From: the human T2T-CHM13v2.0 reference genome, Homo sapiens
Assembly: GCA_009914755.4 (NCBI GenBank)
Contig: CP068257.2
Span: 24,576,001 to 24,640,000, forward strand
DNA: 64,000 bases
Direction: 5' to 3'
The stretch's first letter is position 1. Every line of letters begins with the position of its first letter. The translations under genes were made by a program, and so were the position numbers. Shown in pieces: positions 1-12,454 of the stretch. The notes below the pieces were generated by a model. It was not told where the DNA came from, ran no database searches, and saw nothing but the letters and a program-made list of their open reading frames with translations.

Positions 1-960
1 AGTTTGGAAAATTTGCAGCCTGACAATGCAATAGAAAAGAAAATCCCATATTCTGAGGAGAAAATCAAGCTGGCTGCAGAAATTTGCATATGTAACAAGG
101 AGTTAAATGTTAATCCCCAAGACAATGGGGAAAATGTCTCCAGGGCATGCCAGAGGTCTTCACAGCAGCCCCTCCCATCACAGGCCTGCAGGCCTAGGAG
201 GAAAAAGTGATCTCTTGGGCCAGGCCCAGGGTCCCCATGCTGTGTGCAGCCTGGGGACTTGGTGCCTTGTGTCCCAGCTGCTCCAGCCATGGCTGAAAGG
301 GGCCAACATAGAGCTCGGATTGTGGCTTCAGAGGGTGCAAGCTGTAAGCCTTGGCAGCTTCCATGTGGTGTTGAGCCTGCCAGTGCACAGAAGTCAAAAA
401 TTGGGGTTTGGGAACCTCTGCCTAGATTTCAGAAGATGTATGGAAATGCCTGGATGCCCTGGCAGAAGTCTGCTGTAGGGGAGGGGCCCTCATGGAGAAT
501 CTCTGCTAGGGCAGTACAGAAGGGAAATGTGGGATCGGAGCCCCAGCACAGAATCCCTACTGGGGCACCGCCTAGTGGAGCTGTGAGAAGAGGGCCACCA
601 TCCTCCAGACCCCAGAATGATAGATCCACTGACAGCTTGCTCCATGCACCTGGAAAAACCGCAGACAACACCAGCCCATGAAAGCAGCTAGGCAGGAGGC
701 TGTACCCTGCAAAGCCACAGGGGCGGAGCTGCCCAAGATCATGGGAACCCACCTCTTGCATCAGCATGACCTGGATGTGAGATTTGGAGTTAAAGGAGAT
801 CATTTTGGAGCTTTAAGATTTGACTGCCCCTCTAGATTTCAGACTTGCATGGGGCCTGTAGCCCCTTTGTTTTACTCAATTTCTCCCATTTGGAACAGCT
901 GTGTTTACACAATACCTGTACCCCCATTGTATCTAGGAAGTAGCTAACTTGCTTTTGATT

Positions 961-1126
961 TTACAGGCTCATAGGTAGAAGTGACTTGCCTTGTCTCAAA
1001 TGAGATGTTGGACTGTGGACTTTTGAGTTAATGCTGACATGAGTTAACACTTTGGGGGACTGTTTGGAGCACATGATTGGTTGTGAAATGTGAAGACATG
1101 AGATTTGGGAGGGGCAAGGTGTGGAG
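961..1126 (+). repeat. Possible MaLR internal-region 3' end fragment directly upstream of the THE1 LTR
   Basis: Sequence immediately 5' of a THE1 LTR. Resembles the repeat at 37340-37700, which I only recognise loosely. Family assignment not secure. Confidence 0.25.
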
Positions 1127-1493
1127 TGATATGGTTTGGCTCTGTGTCCCCACCCAAATCTCATCTTGTAGCTCCCATAACTCCCACTTGTTGTGGGAGG
1201 GACCCAGTGGGAGATGATTACATCATGGGGCTGGGTCTTTCTCTTGCTGTTCTCATGATAGTGAATGGGTCTCACAAGATCTGATGGTTTTAAAAACGGG
1301 AGTATGCCTGCACAAGCTCTCTCTTTGCCTGCTGCCATCCACATAAGATGTGACTTCCTCTTCCTTGCCTTCTGCCATGATTGTGTGGTCTCCCCAGCCA
1401 TGTGAAACTGTAAGTACAATAAACTTCTTTCTTTTGTAAATTGCCCGCTCTTGGGTATGTCTTTATCAGCAGCATGAAAATGAACTAACACAC
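1127..1493 (+). mobile_element. THE1-family (ERVL-MaLR) LTR
   Basis: Begins tgatatggtttggctctgtgtccccacccaaatctcatcttgtagctcccataactcccacttgttgtgggagggacccagtggg and ends ...gtatgtctttatcagcagcatgaaaatgaactaacac. This is a near-consensus match to the THE1 LTR termini along the full ~367 bp length. Confidence 0.8.
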
Positions 1494-2260
1494 TACCTTA
1501 GAGTGTTAGTGTGAAAAGAGGCAATGTTTGAAAATTTTTAGCTTGGTGCTGCCCACACTGTGAGCATTCAGTAATTGTGAGCTGTAATGCTCACTGTTGT
1601 GTTCCATTCCCACAGTAATTTTTGTGTATGTGTTTTGATTTTTTAGACTTAAAAAATACAGTTTTAGATTTATAGAACAATTGAACAGATAATACATAGA
1701 GTTCTATACACCCACCCCATCCCTACCTCTCAATTTCCCTCCACAATTTCCCCTATTATTAACAACTTGCATTGGTGTGGTACATTTGTTAAAATTAATG
1801 AACCAATATTGATACATGATTGTTAACTATAGTCCATAGTTTACATGAGGGCTCACTCTTTGTGTTGTGTACTTCTATGGTTTTGACAAGAGTATAATAA
1901 CACATATCCACTGAAAGGGATCAGAATATGCTACCCCAAAATATTCTACTTTGGCATAAGAATTATTTTGAGCTGAAGGCAATTTAGAAGCAGCAGACTC
2001 AGGAAGAGCTCTCTGACCTCTCTTTTCTGCCTAAAAGCAGGGGATAAATTTCCCTTTTCCCATACTGAGGAGAGGAGAATGATTCTCCATTCTTACAACC
2101 AGAGAGAACTTGAGTTTGTGTAGCAAATCTCAGTAAACAGCCCTTATCTACCATGTACTTCCTAGTCACCTTCTCCCAATTTACCACCCCTAGGAACCCA
2201 AGCTCCCCATTTCTTTTGTCTAGTCATGTCTCCCCGAGTTATCATCCTTTGCTAAAATGG

Positions 2261-2619
2261 TGTATTAGTCCCTTTTCATGCTGCTGATAAAGACATACGC
2301 TAGACTGGGTAATTTATAAAGAAAAAGAAATTTCATGGACTCACAGTTCCATGTGGCTGAGGAGGCCTCACAATCATGGCAGAAGGTGAAAGATATGTCT
2401 TATATAGTGGCAGGCAAAAAGAGAGAGTGAGAACCAAACGAAAGGGTTTCCCCTTATAAAACCATCAGATCTCATGAGACTTATTTAGTACCATGAGAAC
2501 AATATGGGTTAAACCCATGATTCAGTTATCTCCCACTGGGTCCCTCCCACAACATGTGGGAATTATGGGAGCTACAATTCAAGATGAGACTTGGGTGGGG
2601 ACAGAGCCAAACCATATCA
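2261..2619 (-). mobile_element. THE1/MST-family (ERVL-MaLR) LTR, inverted relative to the LTR at 1127-1493
   Basis: The plus strand reads tgtattagtccc...ggcaaaccatatca, the reverse complement of a THE1 LTR (gactaataca ... tgatatggtttggc). The internal motif gggtccctcccacaacatgtgggaattatgggagctacaattcaagatgagacttgggtgggga is the THE1 5' region in reverse complement. Confidence 0.8.
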
Positions 2620-3479
2620 CATGGTATATAAGCCCCAGGGTCTAACTACCTCTCTGAGTTTTCAGTTCTCTTCTATGAAGCCCCTGTGGACATAAAATTA
2701 AAAATAAACTTTGTCTGCCTCTTCTCTGATTAATCTATCTTTTTTCAGTTTAACTCTTAAATTCCAGCCACAGAAACTAAGAGGGTAGAGGAAGTTTTTC
2801 CTCCCCTACATATTCATTATAGTTTCATACAGAACAATTTAACCACCCTAAACATACCCTGTGTACCTATTCATCTTTCTCTCCCTCCCTTAAAATCTCT
2901 GGCAGCCACTGTCTTTACTGTCTCTATAGTTTTGCCTTTTCCAAAATGTCATATGGCTGGAATCATATAGCACGTATCTTTTTTAGTCTGCTGTCTTTCA
3001 CTTAGCGATATGACTTAAAGTTTCATTTAAAAAAACGCATGTGATTTGTAGTTAATGGAAAGGATTACATAAAGCACATTTTATGTGAAGACATGGGAGT
3101 TGCTTTTGATATTTTTACTTCCTTGATTCAATATGAGACTGATTAGAGGGCTTTCTCTTCCAGCACTGACCAGAGGGTAGAAAGAAAAACGCGAGGATTC
3201 TGGATTCTCTCTTTATAAGCACATTGTTTATGGTTATAGCTCATCCAGGTTGAGTTTAGTGCAGTGGCTCCTACAGCTGATCCGTGAACTAGCTGCAACC
3301 TGAAAATACAGATTCCTTCATCCCTGGGAGTTTGTGACTCTGGAGCACTGGAGAAAGACCCAGGACTGCATTTTTAATGGGCTTCTCATGTGATACTTAC
3401 TTATACAGAACCATTTCTTTGGTAGTAAAAAGGAATACCGGCTTTGGTCTCAGAGGATTTGGCGTCAAGTCCTCTCTCT

Positions 3480-3620
3480 TCATTGAAGCACCAAATATTT
3501 ATTTAACTCCTCCCATGTGCCAGACCTTGGACCAGGCTCTGGATTGATACAACAGTGAGCTTAATAGTCATGCTTTCTACCCTTCACAAGCTTACACTGG
3601 AGAAGAGGCAGGCATTAAGT
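3480..3620. repeat. Ancient mammalian interspersed repeat fragment, family not assigned
   Basis: tatttatttaactcctcccatgtgccagaccttggaccaggctctggattgatacaacagtgagc...cttacactggagaagagg parallels the widespread motif tatttattgagcacctactatgtgccaggcactgtgctagg...acagcagtgaacaaaacagac...atggagcttacattctagtggg. Confidence 0.3.
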
Positions 3621-4820
3621 ACACAATTACAGAAATAAATCTTATTCATCAACTATGCTAAGTGCTAAGAAAGAAAATACAAAATGCTATGAGAGAGTGT
3701 TAAAAAAGGGATCTGGCTTTGTTTGAAATGGGGTCAATGATTCACTTTTCCCTGAGATAATGACTTTGAACTGAGATATTATTTACGTGACATGAGGGAA
3801 AGATGTCTGCCACCCGGGCACACGAGGTCCATTTGGCTTGGAACACAAGGAGAGACAGAGATGAGGCTGCAAATTAACCACTTGATATCTGTCCTTCTGC
3901 AGATCAACAGCCAGGGTCACTGGGTGTCTAGCTATCCTCCTACTCAACTGCACTGAAATTTCTCCCAAATCTCCAAAACATGTTTAGTAATTCTGCCAGT
4001 TATATTTATCAAGAGCTTAAACAATCAGATTGTTAATAGCCTTTTCTTAAAAAGTGTTAGAATTTTAGTTGTTAGTGAATGATTCTTAAAAGGCTGTTCT
4101 GTCTTTGGGTTAGGGCCAATTGTTCATTTACTGAAAGATATACACGGAAAAGAAAAGGATCTGATTCTGCATTGCCACTACTTAAGCGCTGTGAAATGCT
4201 TGAGCTTTTGTCAGGTGTCTGTAGCCTCATTTCATCTTCACTGTAGACTTGTGGAAATGCATTATTATGACGCCAATTGTACAGATGCAGAAGTAAAGGC
4301 TGAGAGAAATGTAGAGGTTCACTGCATTGACATAGTGAGGAATTGATTGCAGTGGTTGGCTGTCAGGGAACAGTCAATGTCCCTAGCTAGGACAATTTTA
4401 ATACTACCATTGTGTCAGTTTTGGGCCCCAGTTATGCATTCTCTTTTGGAAGACATACAACCTGGACATACTTATGTGAACCCCGAAAATCTGAGGCAGG
4501 TCTCAGTTAGTTTAGAAAGTTTATTTGCCAAGGTTGAGGATGCACGCCCATGATGCAGCCTCAGGAGGTCCTGAAGACATGTGCCCGAGGTGATCAGAGC
4601 ACAGCTTGGTTTTATACATTTTAGGGAGACATGAGACATCAATCATCATATGTAAAATGAACATTGGTTTAGTCTGGAAAGGAGGGACAAATCGAAGCAG
4701 GGAGTGGGCTTCCAGGTCGTAGATAAGAGACAAATGGTTGCATTTCAAGTTTGTGATTAGCCTCTCCAAAGGAGGCCATCAGATATGCGTTTATCTCAGT
4801 GAGCACAGGGGTGACTTTGA

Positions 4821-5204
<384 letters not shown>

Positions 5205-6255
5205 TTTCCTTGCACACTTAACATCCCAGGATCTTACTTAATGCTGGGAATGAGGTTCTATGGAGGACTCCCGGTGTTTTTTCTCCTGCTCTCCAAAGCC
5301 AACCAAGATCTCTTCAGAAATCTTCAGCTCAGCCCAAAGGAGAAACTTCCAAGGTAAAAGAATTTTCCTAAAAGTATAAATGATATTAAGAATTCTGCCC
5401 ATATGGACTGGGATTATGCTTTATTTCCTGATGGGCCTTTTTCAAAATAAATCATGTTCCTACTCTCCATCTTAGCAGATGATGAAGGCAATTGCTGCTG
5501 AAATGGAACCATGTGGTAACCCCTGCATTAAAGCAAGTGTAGGTTTATTACATACATTGGACACAGTAGGTGACAATGTAGAATTATTTATTTTAAGGGT
5601 ACAAGACCATTTACCTTCCTTCCTCAATATCCTTCTTATACCTTATTATAGTGCTGCACTTTACACTGTAAGAATCATTCCTTGGAATTTGTAAGGCCCT
5701 GAATATAAAAAGCCACTGTTAAAATAGCATGCTACCTAAGAAAAGTAACCCATTAACATCCATTAAGGCTTAAGTGTTAATTATAATCATGAAGTTTGAA
5801 AGTTATGGCTAAATGATTTATTATTCAGAAGCCAAAGCCTTCTAGATTTGTTTGACTCCAAGGATAGAGTCAAAAGTTCAAACGATTCTAATAATGCAAA
5901 AATATCAAGAAATTATGGAATCTTCTCATTCCACCCTTCCTCTTTATCTTAAACTGCTACTATTTCAAAATATATGTGTTAGTCATGCCGATTACTGTGA
6001 GGTTATCAAGGGTAGTCTTCAATATAGAGCCTTTACTTTCTTTTCAGAGCTTTATGGGAGAACTGGTTGTCTTCTATGTTTTCCCTTGAGAATTTTGCTT
6101 ATCTGTTGTGTCTGTCCTAAATGCTACAGTAGTTGGTCTCAGACTGAGCTGTGTTTTTGTACACTGTCATGGACAGTAGCATTTATGAAGCATTTTTTGC
6201 ATACAATTCTTGTCTTTGATAGTGATTATATTTTGTATTTTAATAAATTATCCTG

Positions 6256-6535
6256 GGCTGGGTGTAGTGCCTCATGCCTGTAATCCCAGTACGTTGGGAG
6301 GCCAAGGAAGGTGGATCACTTGAGCCCAGGAGTTTGAGACCAGTTGCAGAAACCCCATCTCTACAAAAAATACAAAAATTAGCAGGGCGTGATGGCACAT
6401 GCCTGTAGTCCTAGCTACTCAGGTGGGAGGATCACCTGAGCCTGGGGAGATCGAGGCTACAGTGAGCCAAAAGCATGTTACTGCACTGCAGCCTGGGCAA
6501 CAGAGTGAGACCCTGACTCAAAAAAAAAAAAAAAA
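6256..6535 (+). mobile_element. Alu SINE
   Basis: ggctgggtgtagtgcctcatgcctgtaatcccagtacgttgggaggccaagg...gcctgggcaacagagtgagaccctgactc plus A15. Flanking direct repeat aattatcct / aattacctt. Confidence 0.9.
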
Positions 6536-7934
6536 TTACCTTGAATTTTTCTTTAAAAAATAAAACATATTTAGAACTCAGGTTTTCTCTCGTTGAATTC
6601 TAAGTCCTATTACTCAGCTGAGTTTTTTTATGGCCTTGTTGAATTGTCAACAGAGACAGTGGATTACTGATTCATCAAGTATATATTCTCTGTAGCAGGA
6701 AAATGGAATAAGGAATGTACTTGCATTTCCACATTACCTGACACCATCATTTTAACTTTATTCATTAACTTTATTTTACGGTGTGTGAGACTCAAAACAA
6801 AAATCTGCCATTAGTTCCAGTTTGGCTCCAAAATAAAATATTACTTTGTTCATTCATTTTCACATGTTGTATTAAAGTGCTGTCACTGGGCTGATGCTAT
6901 GATCCTCACCGGAGGGAAATGGATGGAGCACATTCTATGGAGGACATAGAGAGAAATCTGGAGCATAAGGAAAAGGGCCAGGCTACGTTGGGTTGGACAT
7001 CTCAGTTGATGATACAGGGTATCCAAGAAGCTTTAGTTTCCCACGTATGGTTAGGATCTAGGTACCTGGATATTGAAGATATAGGAAGTAGAACATAAGA
7101 AATAATTTTTCCAGTTCACAGCTTTGTTTTGAGAAAGGCTCTGAGCAAGTAAAAAGGAGCAAATGCTTATCTGAGTAGAACTTCAACGGTATGGCTTGTG
7201 ATAGCCAGTCTCATGCAGGTACGTCCTTGGGATTTAACATATACAGGCTGGGTTCAGTTTAGAGGATTCTCTAGCAATTTGAGAAGCCAGGAAAACCTCT
7301 CAAACCCCTTAGACCCAGACAGAAAGAATCAATGAGGGAATGATTCACTCAATGAATAATTACCAACTGGAGTGAAGGATTCTCTAGTCTAGTGATTCTC
7401 AATGAATAAGCATTATATCATCTCTGTCAGAAATGTATGTATGTTAAAATGCAGATTCCTGGGCCCTACCTCAGGCTAACTGGAGCAAAATTTCTATGAA
7501 GTGGGGTCTAAGAATATGCATATTCACAGATATGCTAGAAGGTTCTTATTCATATTTACAGCAGACACTTATCCTTGGGGATATGTCAAACCAGCCAAGT
7601 GGGAATGAAGGTAAAACTTTGAGCCTACAGCACAAATGGGCTGAGATATTTTGGGTAGAGCTTCTTCTTATGGATAAAACAATAGTCACATGAGTAGCAA
7701 AAGGCTTCATAAAATATTTTGACCTCCACAGGTGACATAACTTTCTTTTGTTGTCAACTCCTGATTTATTTTAGAGAAATTTTGTTTTTAAAAGTTCTCT
7801 CTGATAGATAAATGTGCTGAGGCACTGAGTGTACTTTTAGTTCTTGCATTGGGATGTAATCTAATAAAATAAAATTCCATGCAGCTATTTGGATGACATC
7901 TGTTTGAATAGCATAGTGGGGCAAATAGATTTGT

Positions 7935-8100
7935 GTCTATGTATATTATTTGTGTGTTGTATTATTAGCAAATATGATAGTGTTAGCAAATATGATAGTA
8001 TTATCAGCAAATATGATAGCAAATATGATATGATAGTTGTATGATTAGCAAATATGTATATTATTTACGTGTTGTATTATTAGCAAATATGATAGCTTTA
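7935..8100. repeat. AT-rich tandem duplication / minisatellite-like array
   Basis: gtatattatttgtgtgttgtattattagcaaatatgatag recurs as gtatattatttacgtgttgtattattagcaaatatgatagc, with multiple agcaaatatgata(g) units in between. Confidence 0.6.
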
Positions 8101-8369
8101 ATAATAATCTAATATTAATTTATACTACTTAATTTTGACAAAGAAGTAGAATTGAAGTAGAGATTTGATATTAAAGGCATTTATCCATCTGCTTTGGAGT
8201 GGCAATTGGTATATAGACAATGGGCTTTAGATTCACATAAATGTTGGTCTCACCTTTTCCATTTGCTCATTGTGTGACCTTGGCATATTATTTAGCTTCT
8301 CTGAATCTGTGTTTTTTTAACTACAAAAAGAGGACAATAGTACATTACTTCTATGATATAGAAAATCAC

Positions 8370-8647
8370 GGCCGGGTGTGGTGGCTCACGCCTGTAATCC
8401 CAGCACTTTGGGAGGCCGAGGCAGGCGGATCACAAAGTCAGGAGATGGAGACCAACCTGGCTAACATGGTGAAACCCCATCTCTACTAAAAATACAAAAA
8501 AAATTAGCCAGGTGTGGTGGCGGGTGTCTGTAGTCCCAGCTACTCGGGAGGCTGAGACAGGAGAATGGCATGAACTCAGGAGGCAGAGCTTGCAGTGAGC
8601 TGGGTACCACAGCGAGACTCCATCTCAAAAAAAAAAAAAAAAAAAAA
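8370..8647 (+). mobile_element. Alu SINE (AluY-like: gagcttgcagtgagc)
   Basis: ggccgggtgtggtggctcacgcctgtaatcccagcactttgggaggccgaggcaggcggatcac...aaaaaaaaaaaaaaaaaaaaa. Target-site duplication gaaaatcac on both sides. Confidence 0.9.
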
Positions 8648-8667
8648 GAAAATCACTTTAAGGCTGA

Positions 8668-8812
8668 TATATATGGTGGCTCACACCTGTAATACCAACA
8701 TTTTGGGAGCCTATGGCAGGAGGCTTGCTTGAGCCCAGGAGTCTGAGGTTGCAGTGAGCTGTGATCGTGCCACTGCAGTGCAGTCTGGGTGACACAGTGA
8801 GACTCCGTCTCA
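8668..8812 (+). mobile_element. Partial, more divergent Alu copy directly downstream of the previous Alu
   Basis: atggtggctcacacctgtaataccaacattttgggagcctatggcaggaggcttgcttgagcccaggagtctgaggttgcagtgagctgtgatcgtgccactgcagtgcagtctgggtgacacagtgagactccgtctc. Confidence 0.7.
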
Positions 8813-8985
8813 AAGAGAACAAAAGAAAGAGAGAAAGAGAGAGAGAAAGAAAGGAAGAAAGAAAAGAAAGAAAGCAAAAAGAAAAGAAAAGAAATAAAAA
8901 AGAAAAAAGAAAGAAAAAAGAAAAGAAAGAAAGGAAAGAAAGAAAAAAGAAAAGAAAGAAAGTAAAAGGAAAGAGAGAAATGAAG
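8813..8985. repeat. (GAAA)n/(AAAG)n imperfect tetranucleotide microsatellite, about 170 bp
   Basis: aaagagaacaaaagaaagagagaaagagagagagaaagaaaggaagaaagaaaagaaagaaagcaaaaagaaaagaaaagaaa... The K/E-rich ORF 8761-9003 and the F/L-rich ORF 8658-9047 are just translations of this repeat. Confidence 0.9.
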
Positions 8986-9992
8986 AAAATCAGTTTAATA
9001 TAGTACTTGGAACATATCAAATGCTTACAAAATTTAGTGCCCTTCATTGCACTGGAGAAGAGTTAGGTGGCATTTTGTAGCTCCGTATGCTCAGATACAG
9101 TTTGTTTTTGAGCTGGGAATATTTTAGACTTCATCTTTTCTTTCTTAGTCCTATAATTTTCCTTTATTCATAATGCAGTCATCCCTTTCCCACCCATGGA
9201 AACAGTGAAATGTGGGACCAGCCATGCTATATTATTAATTTTGCAAAGCTTGCTGACAGTGACCTCTCCAGCAGTAGCATTCACTCTTTTGCCTTAAAAA
9301 ATTTCCCACAAAAGCTCTCCACTAGGCATAAGCATTACTCTTAGTCCTCCCACTGCTTCAGTGTGGCACAGTCATCAGTAATATGTAGATTTCCACTTTG
9401 GCTAGGGTCTATTTCTCTGCTTTGCTCAGAAGGTACCACTGACCTTTCTGATTAGCTGAGTTGCAGATGACTGAGCTTGCACATAAAAGGGACAGTCAGA
9501 AAATAAATCTTCCCTGTGTCTGTCTAGACAGACTCCAAGAGTCAGGAAAAATTCTGCTGAAAGTCCATAAATCTTCCATCTTTCTTCCTGAAAGCATGTA
9601 CGAGAACAGTTCTCCTGTCACTACGTATGAGAGCATTCCTGAATGTGTGGGTAGGGTTTTTGATGTCAATTTTTTTTATATCAACTGGTAAAACTTTATT
9701 TTACAAGCAACAGGAATTGGATCAAATGATTATTATAATCCAGAGGAAATATTTTGGAACCACAGCAAATGCCATTATACATACTGCCAATACAGATTTA
9801 ATAGACAATACTGAACTGTACAAGAGTTATTTATTTTTCCTTAATCTCGAAGCTATTTTTAGTAATACAAAAAAGCCATATTAACATTTTTTTCCCGTTA
9901 GAAAACATGATGTACAAAACTTTGGATGAAAAGATAAGTCAAATTTCGTTTAATCACTTGGAGGAAAATCCACCAACTCTCTCAATACCACC

Positions 9993-10397
9993 TTTCACTC
10001 GCGTCCGTGTGAAGAGACCACCAAACAGGCGTTGTGTGAGCAATAAAGCTGTTTATTTCACCTGGGTGCAGGCGGGCGGGCTGAGTCCAAAAAGAGAGCG
10101 AAGGGAGATAGGGGTGGGGCCGTTTTATAGGATTTGGGTAGGTAAAGGAAAAAGGGGGGTTGTTCTCTGGTGGGCAGGAGTGGGGGTCACAAGGTGCTCA
10201 GTGGGGGAGCTTTTTGAGCCAGGATGAGCCAGGAGAAGGAATTTCACAAGACAATGTCATCAGTTAAGGCAGGAACAGGCCATTTTCACTTCTTTTGTGG
10301 TGGAATGTCATCAGTTAAGGCAGGAACCGGCCATCTGGATGTGTATGTGCAGGTCACAGGGGATATGATGGCTTAGCTTGGGCTCAGAGGCCTGACG
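9993..10397 (-). mobile_element. HERV-H LTR7-like LTR (the provirus's 3' LTR, since the element is on the minus strand)
   Basis: The reverse complement reads tgtcaggcctctgagcccaagctaagccatcatatcccctgtgacctgcacatacacatccagatgg...ctataaaacggcccc...ggactcagcccgcc...cacccaggtgaaataaacagctttattgctcacacaacgcctgtttggtggtctcttcacacggacgcgagtgaaa, matching the LTR7 consensus termini. It is about 96% identical to the LTR at 15194-15599. Confidence 0.85.
10053..10058 (-). promoter_or_regulatory. AATAAA polyadenylation signal of the HERV-H 3' LTR (reads aataaa on the minus strand)
   Basis: The plus strand reads gcaataaagctgtttatttcacctggg. The minus strand gaaataaacagc holds the LTR7 R-region polyA signal, with cleavage expected about 15-25 nt further left on the plus coordinate. 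Confidence 0.4.
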
Positions 10398-11873
10398 TTC
10401 CTGTCTTCTTATATTAATAAGAAGAATAAAACAAAATAGTGTCGAAGTGTTGGGGCGGCGAAACATTTTTGGCAGGGGGTGGTATGGAGAGAGAGAATGG
10501 GTGATGTTTCTCAGGATTAGGGGAGGCGTGGGAACCTGGAGTGGGAGAGATTAAGCTGAAGGAAGATTTTGTGGTAAGGGGTGATATTGTGGGGTTATTG
10601 GAAGAAACATTTGTCATGTAGAATTATTGGTGATGGCCTGGATACGGTTTTATATGAATTGAAAAACTAAATGGAATAAGAGAAGGAGAAAACCAGGTAT
10701 TAAAGTTCTAAGAATGGGGAGGACCTAGGACATGTAATTAGAGAGTGCTTAAGGAGATTTAGCATAGTTCTGCCAGCAAAGATTATTTATTTAAGAGTTA
10801 AGAGTGGCAGTTTGGGGATAGCACCAGGAGATATCAGCTGTGATAGCTTGGAGAAACAGTGTAAACTGGCAGTGTAAACAAGAGCAGGGCACGTATGAGT
10901 AGTTGAGAACAGTGAACAGGAGTATGACTAGACAGAAGATAGTAGGGATGACAAGTTTTTTTGGGGCACAGTCTTAAGTTGGTCTGGTGTCTGGAATAAG
11001 ACTGGGGCCTAATAAAAAGGAGCGTCCATACAGGAGCTTAAATGTGCTGTACCTTGTAGGATTCCGAGGACAGGCCTGAATTCTGAGAAGGGAAAGTGGT
11101 AAAAGTACTGTCCAGTTCTTTTTAAGTTGGTGGCTGAGCTTGGTGAGGTGTGTTTTTAAAAGACTATTAGTCTGTTCTACCTTTTCTGAAGACTGAGGAC
11201 CGTAAGGGGTATAAAGGTTTCACTGAATACCAAGAGCCTGAAAAGCCGGTCTGCTATTGGACTGTATAGAGGTGGGAAGGCCAAAGCGAGGAATTATGTG
11301 TGACAGAGGGGAAGAAATGACTGCGGTGACCTTTTCAGACCCTGTGGGAAAGGCCTCTACCTATCCAGTGAAAGTGTCTACCTAGACTAAGAGGTATTTT
11401 AGTTTCCTGACTCAGGGCATGTTGAGTAAAGCTACTTTCCCAGTCCTGGGTGGGGGCAAATCCTTGAGCTTGATGTGTAGGGAAGGGAGGGGGCCTGAAT
11501 AATCCCTGAGGGGTAGTAGAATAGCAGATGGAACACTGAGAAGTTATTTCCTTGAGGATAGATTTCTACGATGGAAAGGAAATGAGAGGTTCTAAGAGGC
11601 GGGCTAGTGGCTTATACTATAGCATAGCCTGCCTTTGCTGGTGTGGTGATTAGGCCTGGTGGAACTGCCATCAATAAACTAAGTGTGATCAGGGTGAGGA
11701 ATAGGAAAGAAGGAAATATGGGGAAATGGGGTGGAATGTCAGGTGCATCAGAGAGATACAGTCATAGGGGTCAGGTGTGGTATCAGGAATAATGTGGGAG
11801 GCCGGATTGAAGTCCGGACCAGGAACAATGGTAATTGTGGGAGACTCAACAAAGAGTGAGTACAGCTGAAGGA

Positions 11874-11957
11874 GCTGGGGAGCAGAAAGTATATGCGTCA
11901 GGTGTGAGGAAGAAAATAGCTGGGGAGCAGAAAGTATATGCGTCAGGTGTGAGGAAG
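11874..11957. repeat. ~45-bp tandem duplication inside the HERV-H pol remnant
   Basis: gctggggagcagaaagtatatgcgtcaggtgtgaggaag occurs twice, separated by aaaata. It gives the duplicated peptide FLTPDAYTFCSPA in minus-strand ORF 11846-12037. Confidence 0.7.
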
Positions 11958-12018
11958 TTATGAGAACTGTTGAGAGTGAGTTGAGCATAGTTTGTGATTT
12001 TAAGGGCCTCTAAAAGTA

Positions 12019-12228
12019 TTAGGGCAGTGGTGGCCACTGCACGCAGACTTGAGGGCTAGGCAAAACAGTAAGGTCAAGTTGTTTGGATAAAAAGGCTACA
12101 GGGTGTAGTCCTGGTTCTTGTGTAAGAATTCTAACTGCACAGGCCTGCACTTTGGCTGTGGGTAATGAAAAGGGTTGGGATTTGTCAGGGAGAGCTAGGG
12201 TGGGGGCAGTCTCTAAAGCTGTCTTCAA
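12019..12228 (-). pseudogene. HERV-H pol remnant: RT C-terminal / connection region
   Basis: The translation ...LALPDKSQPFSLPTAKVQACAVRILTQEPGLHPVAFLSKQLDLTV... parallels the gammaretroviral Pol segment ...[46 protein letters not shown]... Confidence 0.5.
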
Positions 12229-12454
12229 GGAACGGAAAGAGGAATGGGGAAAGGATTTAGGATCTATGGGGTCAGCTAGGTTTCTTTTTGTGAGTTTATA
12301 TAATGGTTTTGTTAGGATAGCAAAACCAGGTATCTAAAGTCGAAAGTGTCTAACCATGCCCAGGAAGGAAAGGAGTTGTCGTTTTATAGCTGTTGGGGTT
12401 TGAGATATCAGCTGAACAGGATCAGCAGGGAGAGCACGTGTGTTTTTATGAGAA

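Noticed and set aside
961-1491. Longest ORF in the window (176 aa, minus strand)
   Set aside because: It lies almost entirely within the THE1 LTR and the adjacent repeat sequence. It is a chance open frame in LTR sequence with no resemblance to any protein.
5852-6283. 143-aa plus-strand ORF in non-repeat sequence
   Set aside because: It has no recognisable domain or motif and AT-rich codon usage. It runs into an Alu at its 3' end. It has no Kozak-like start context and cannot be supported as coding.
8658-9047. ORFs of 129 aa (F/L/S-rich, minus strand) and 80 aa (K/E/R-rich, plus strand)
   Set aside because: Both are translations of the (GAAA)n/(TTTC)n microsatellite and the adjacent Alu. 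They are low-complexity artefacts.
10240-10330. Short internal direct repeat (aatgtcatcagttaaggcaggaac occurs twice) inside each HERV-H LTR
   Set aside because: It is present in both LTRs at the same place, so it is a native feature of the LTR7-type U3 region rather than a separate element or regulatory array of its own.
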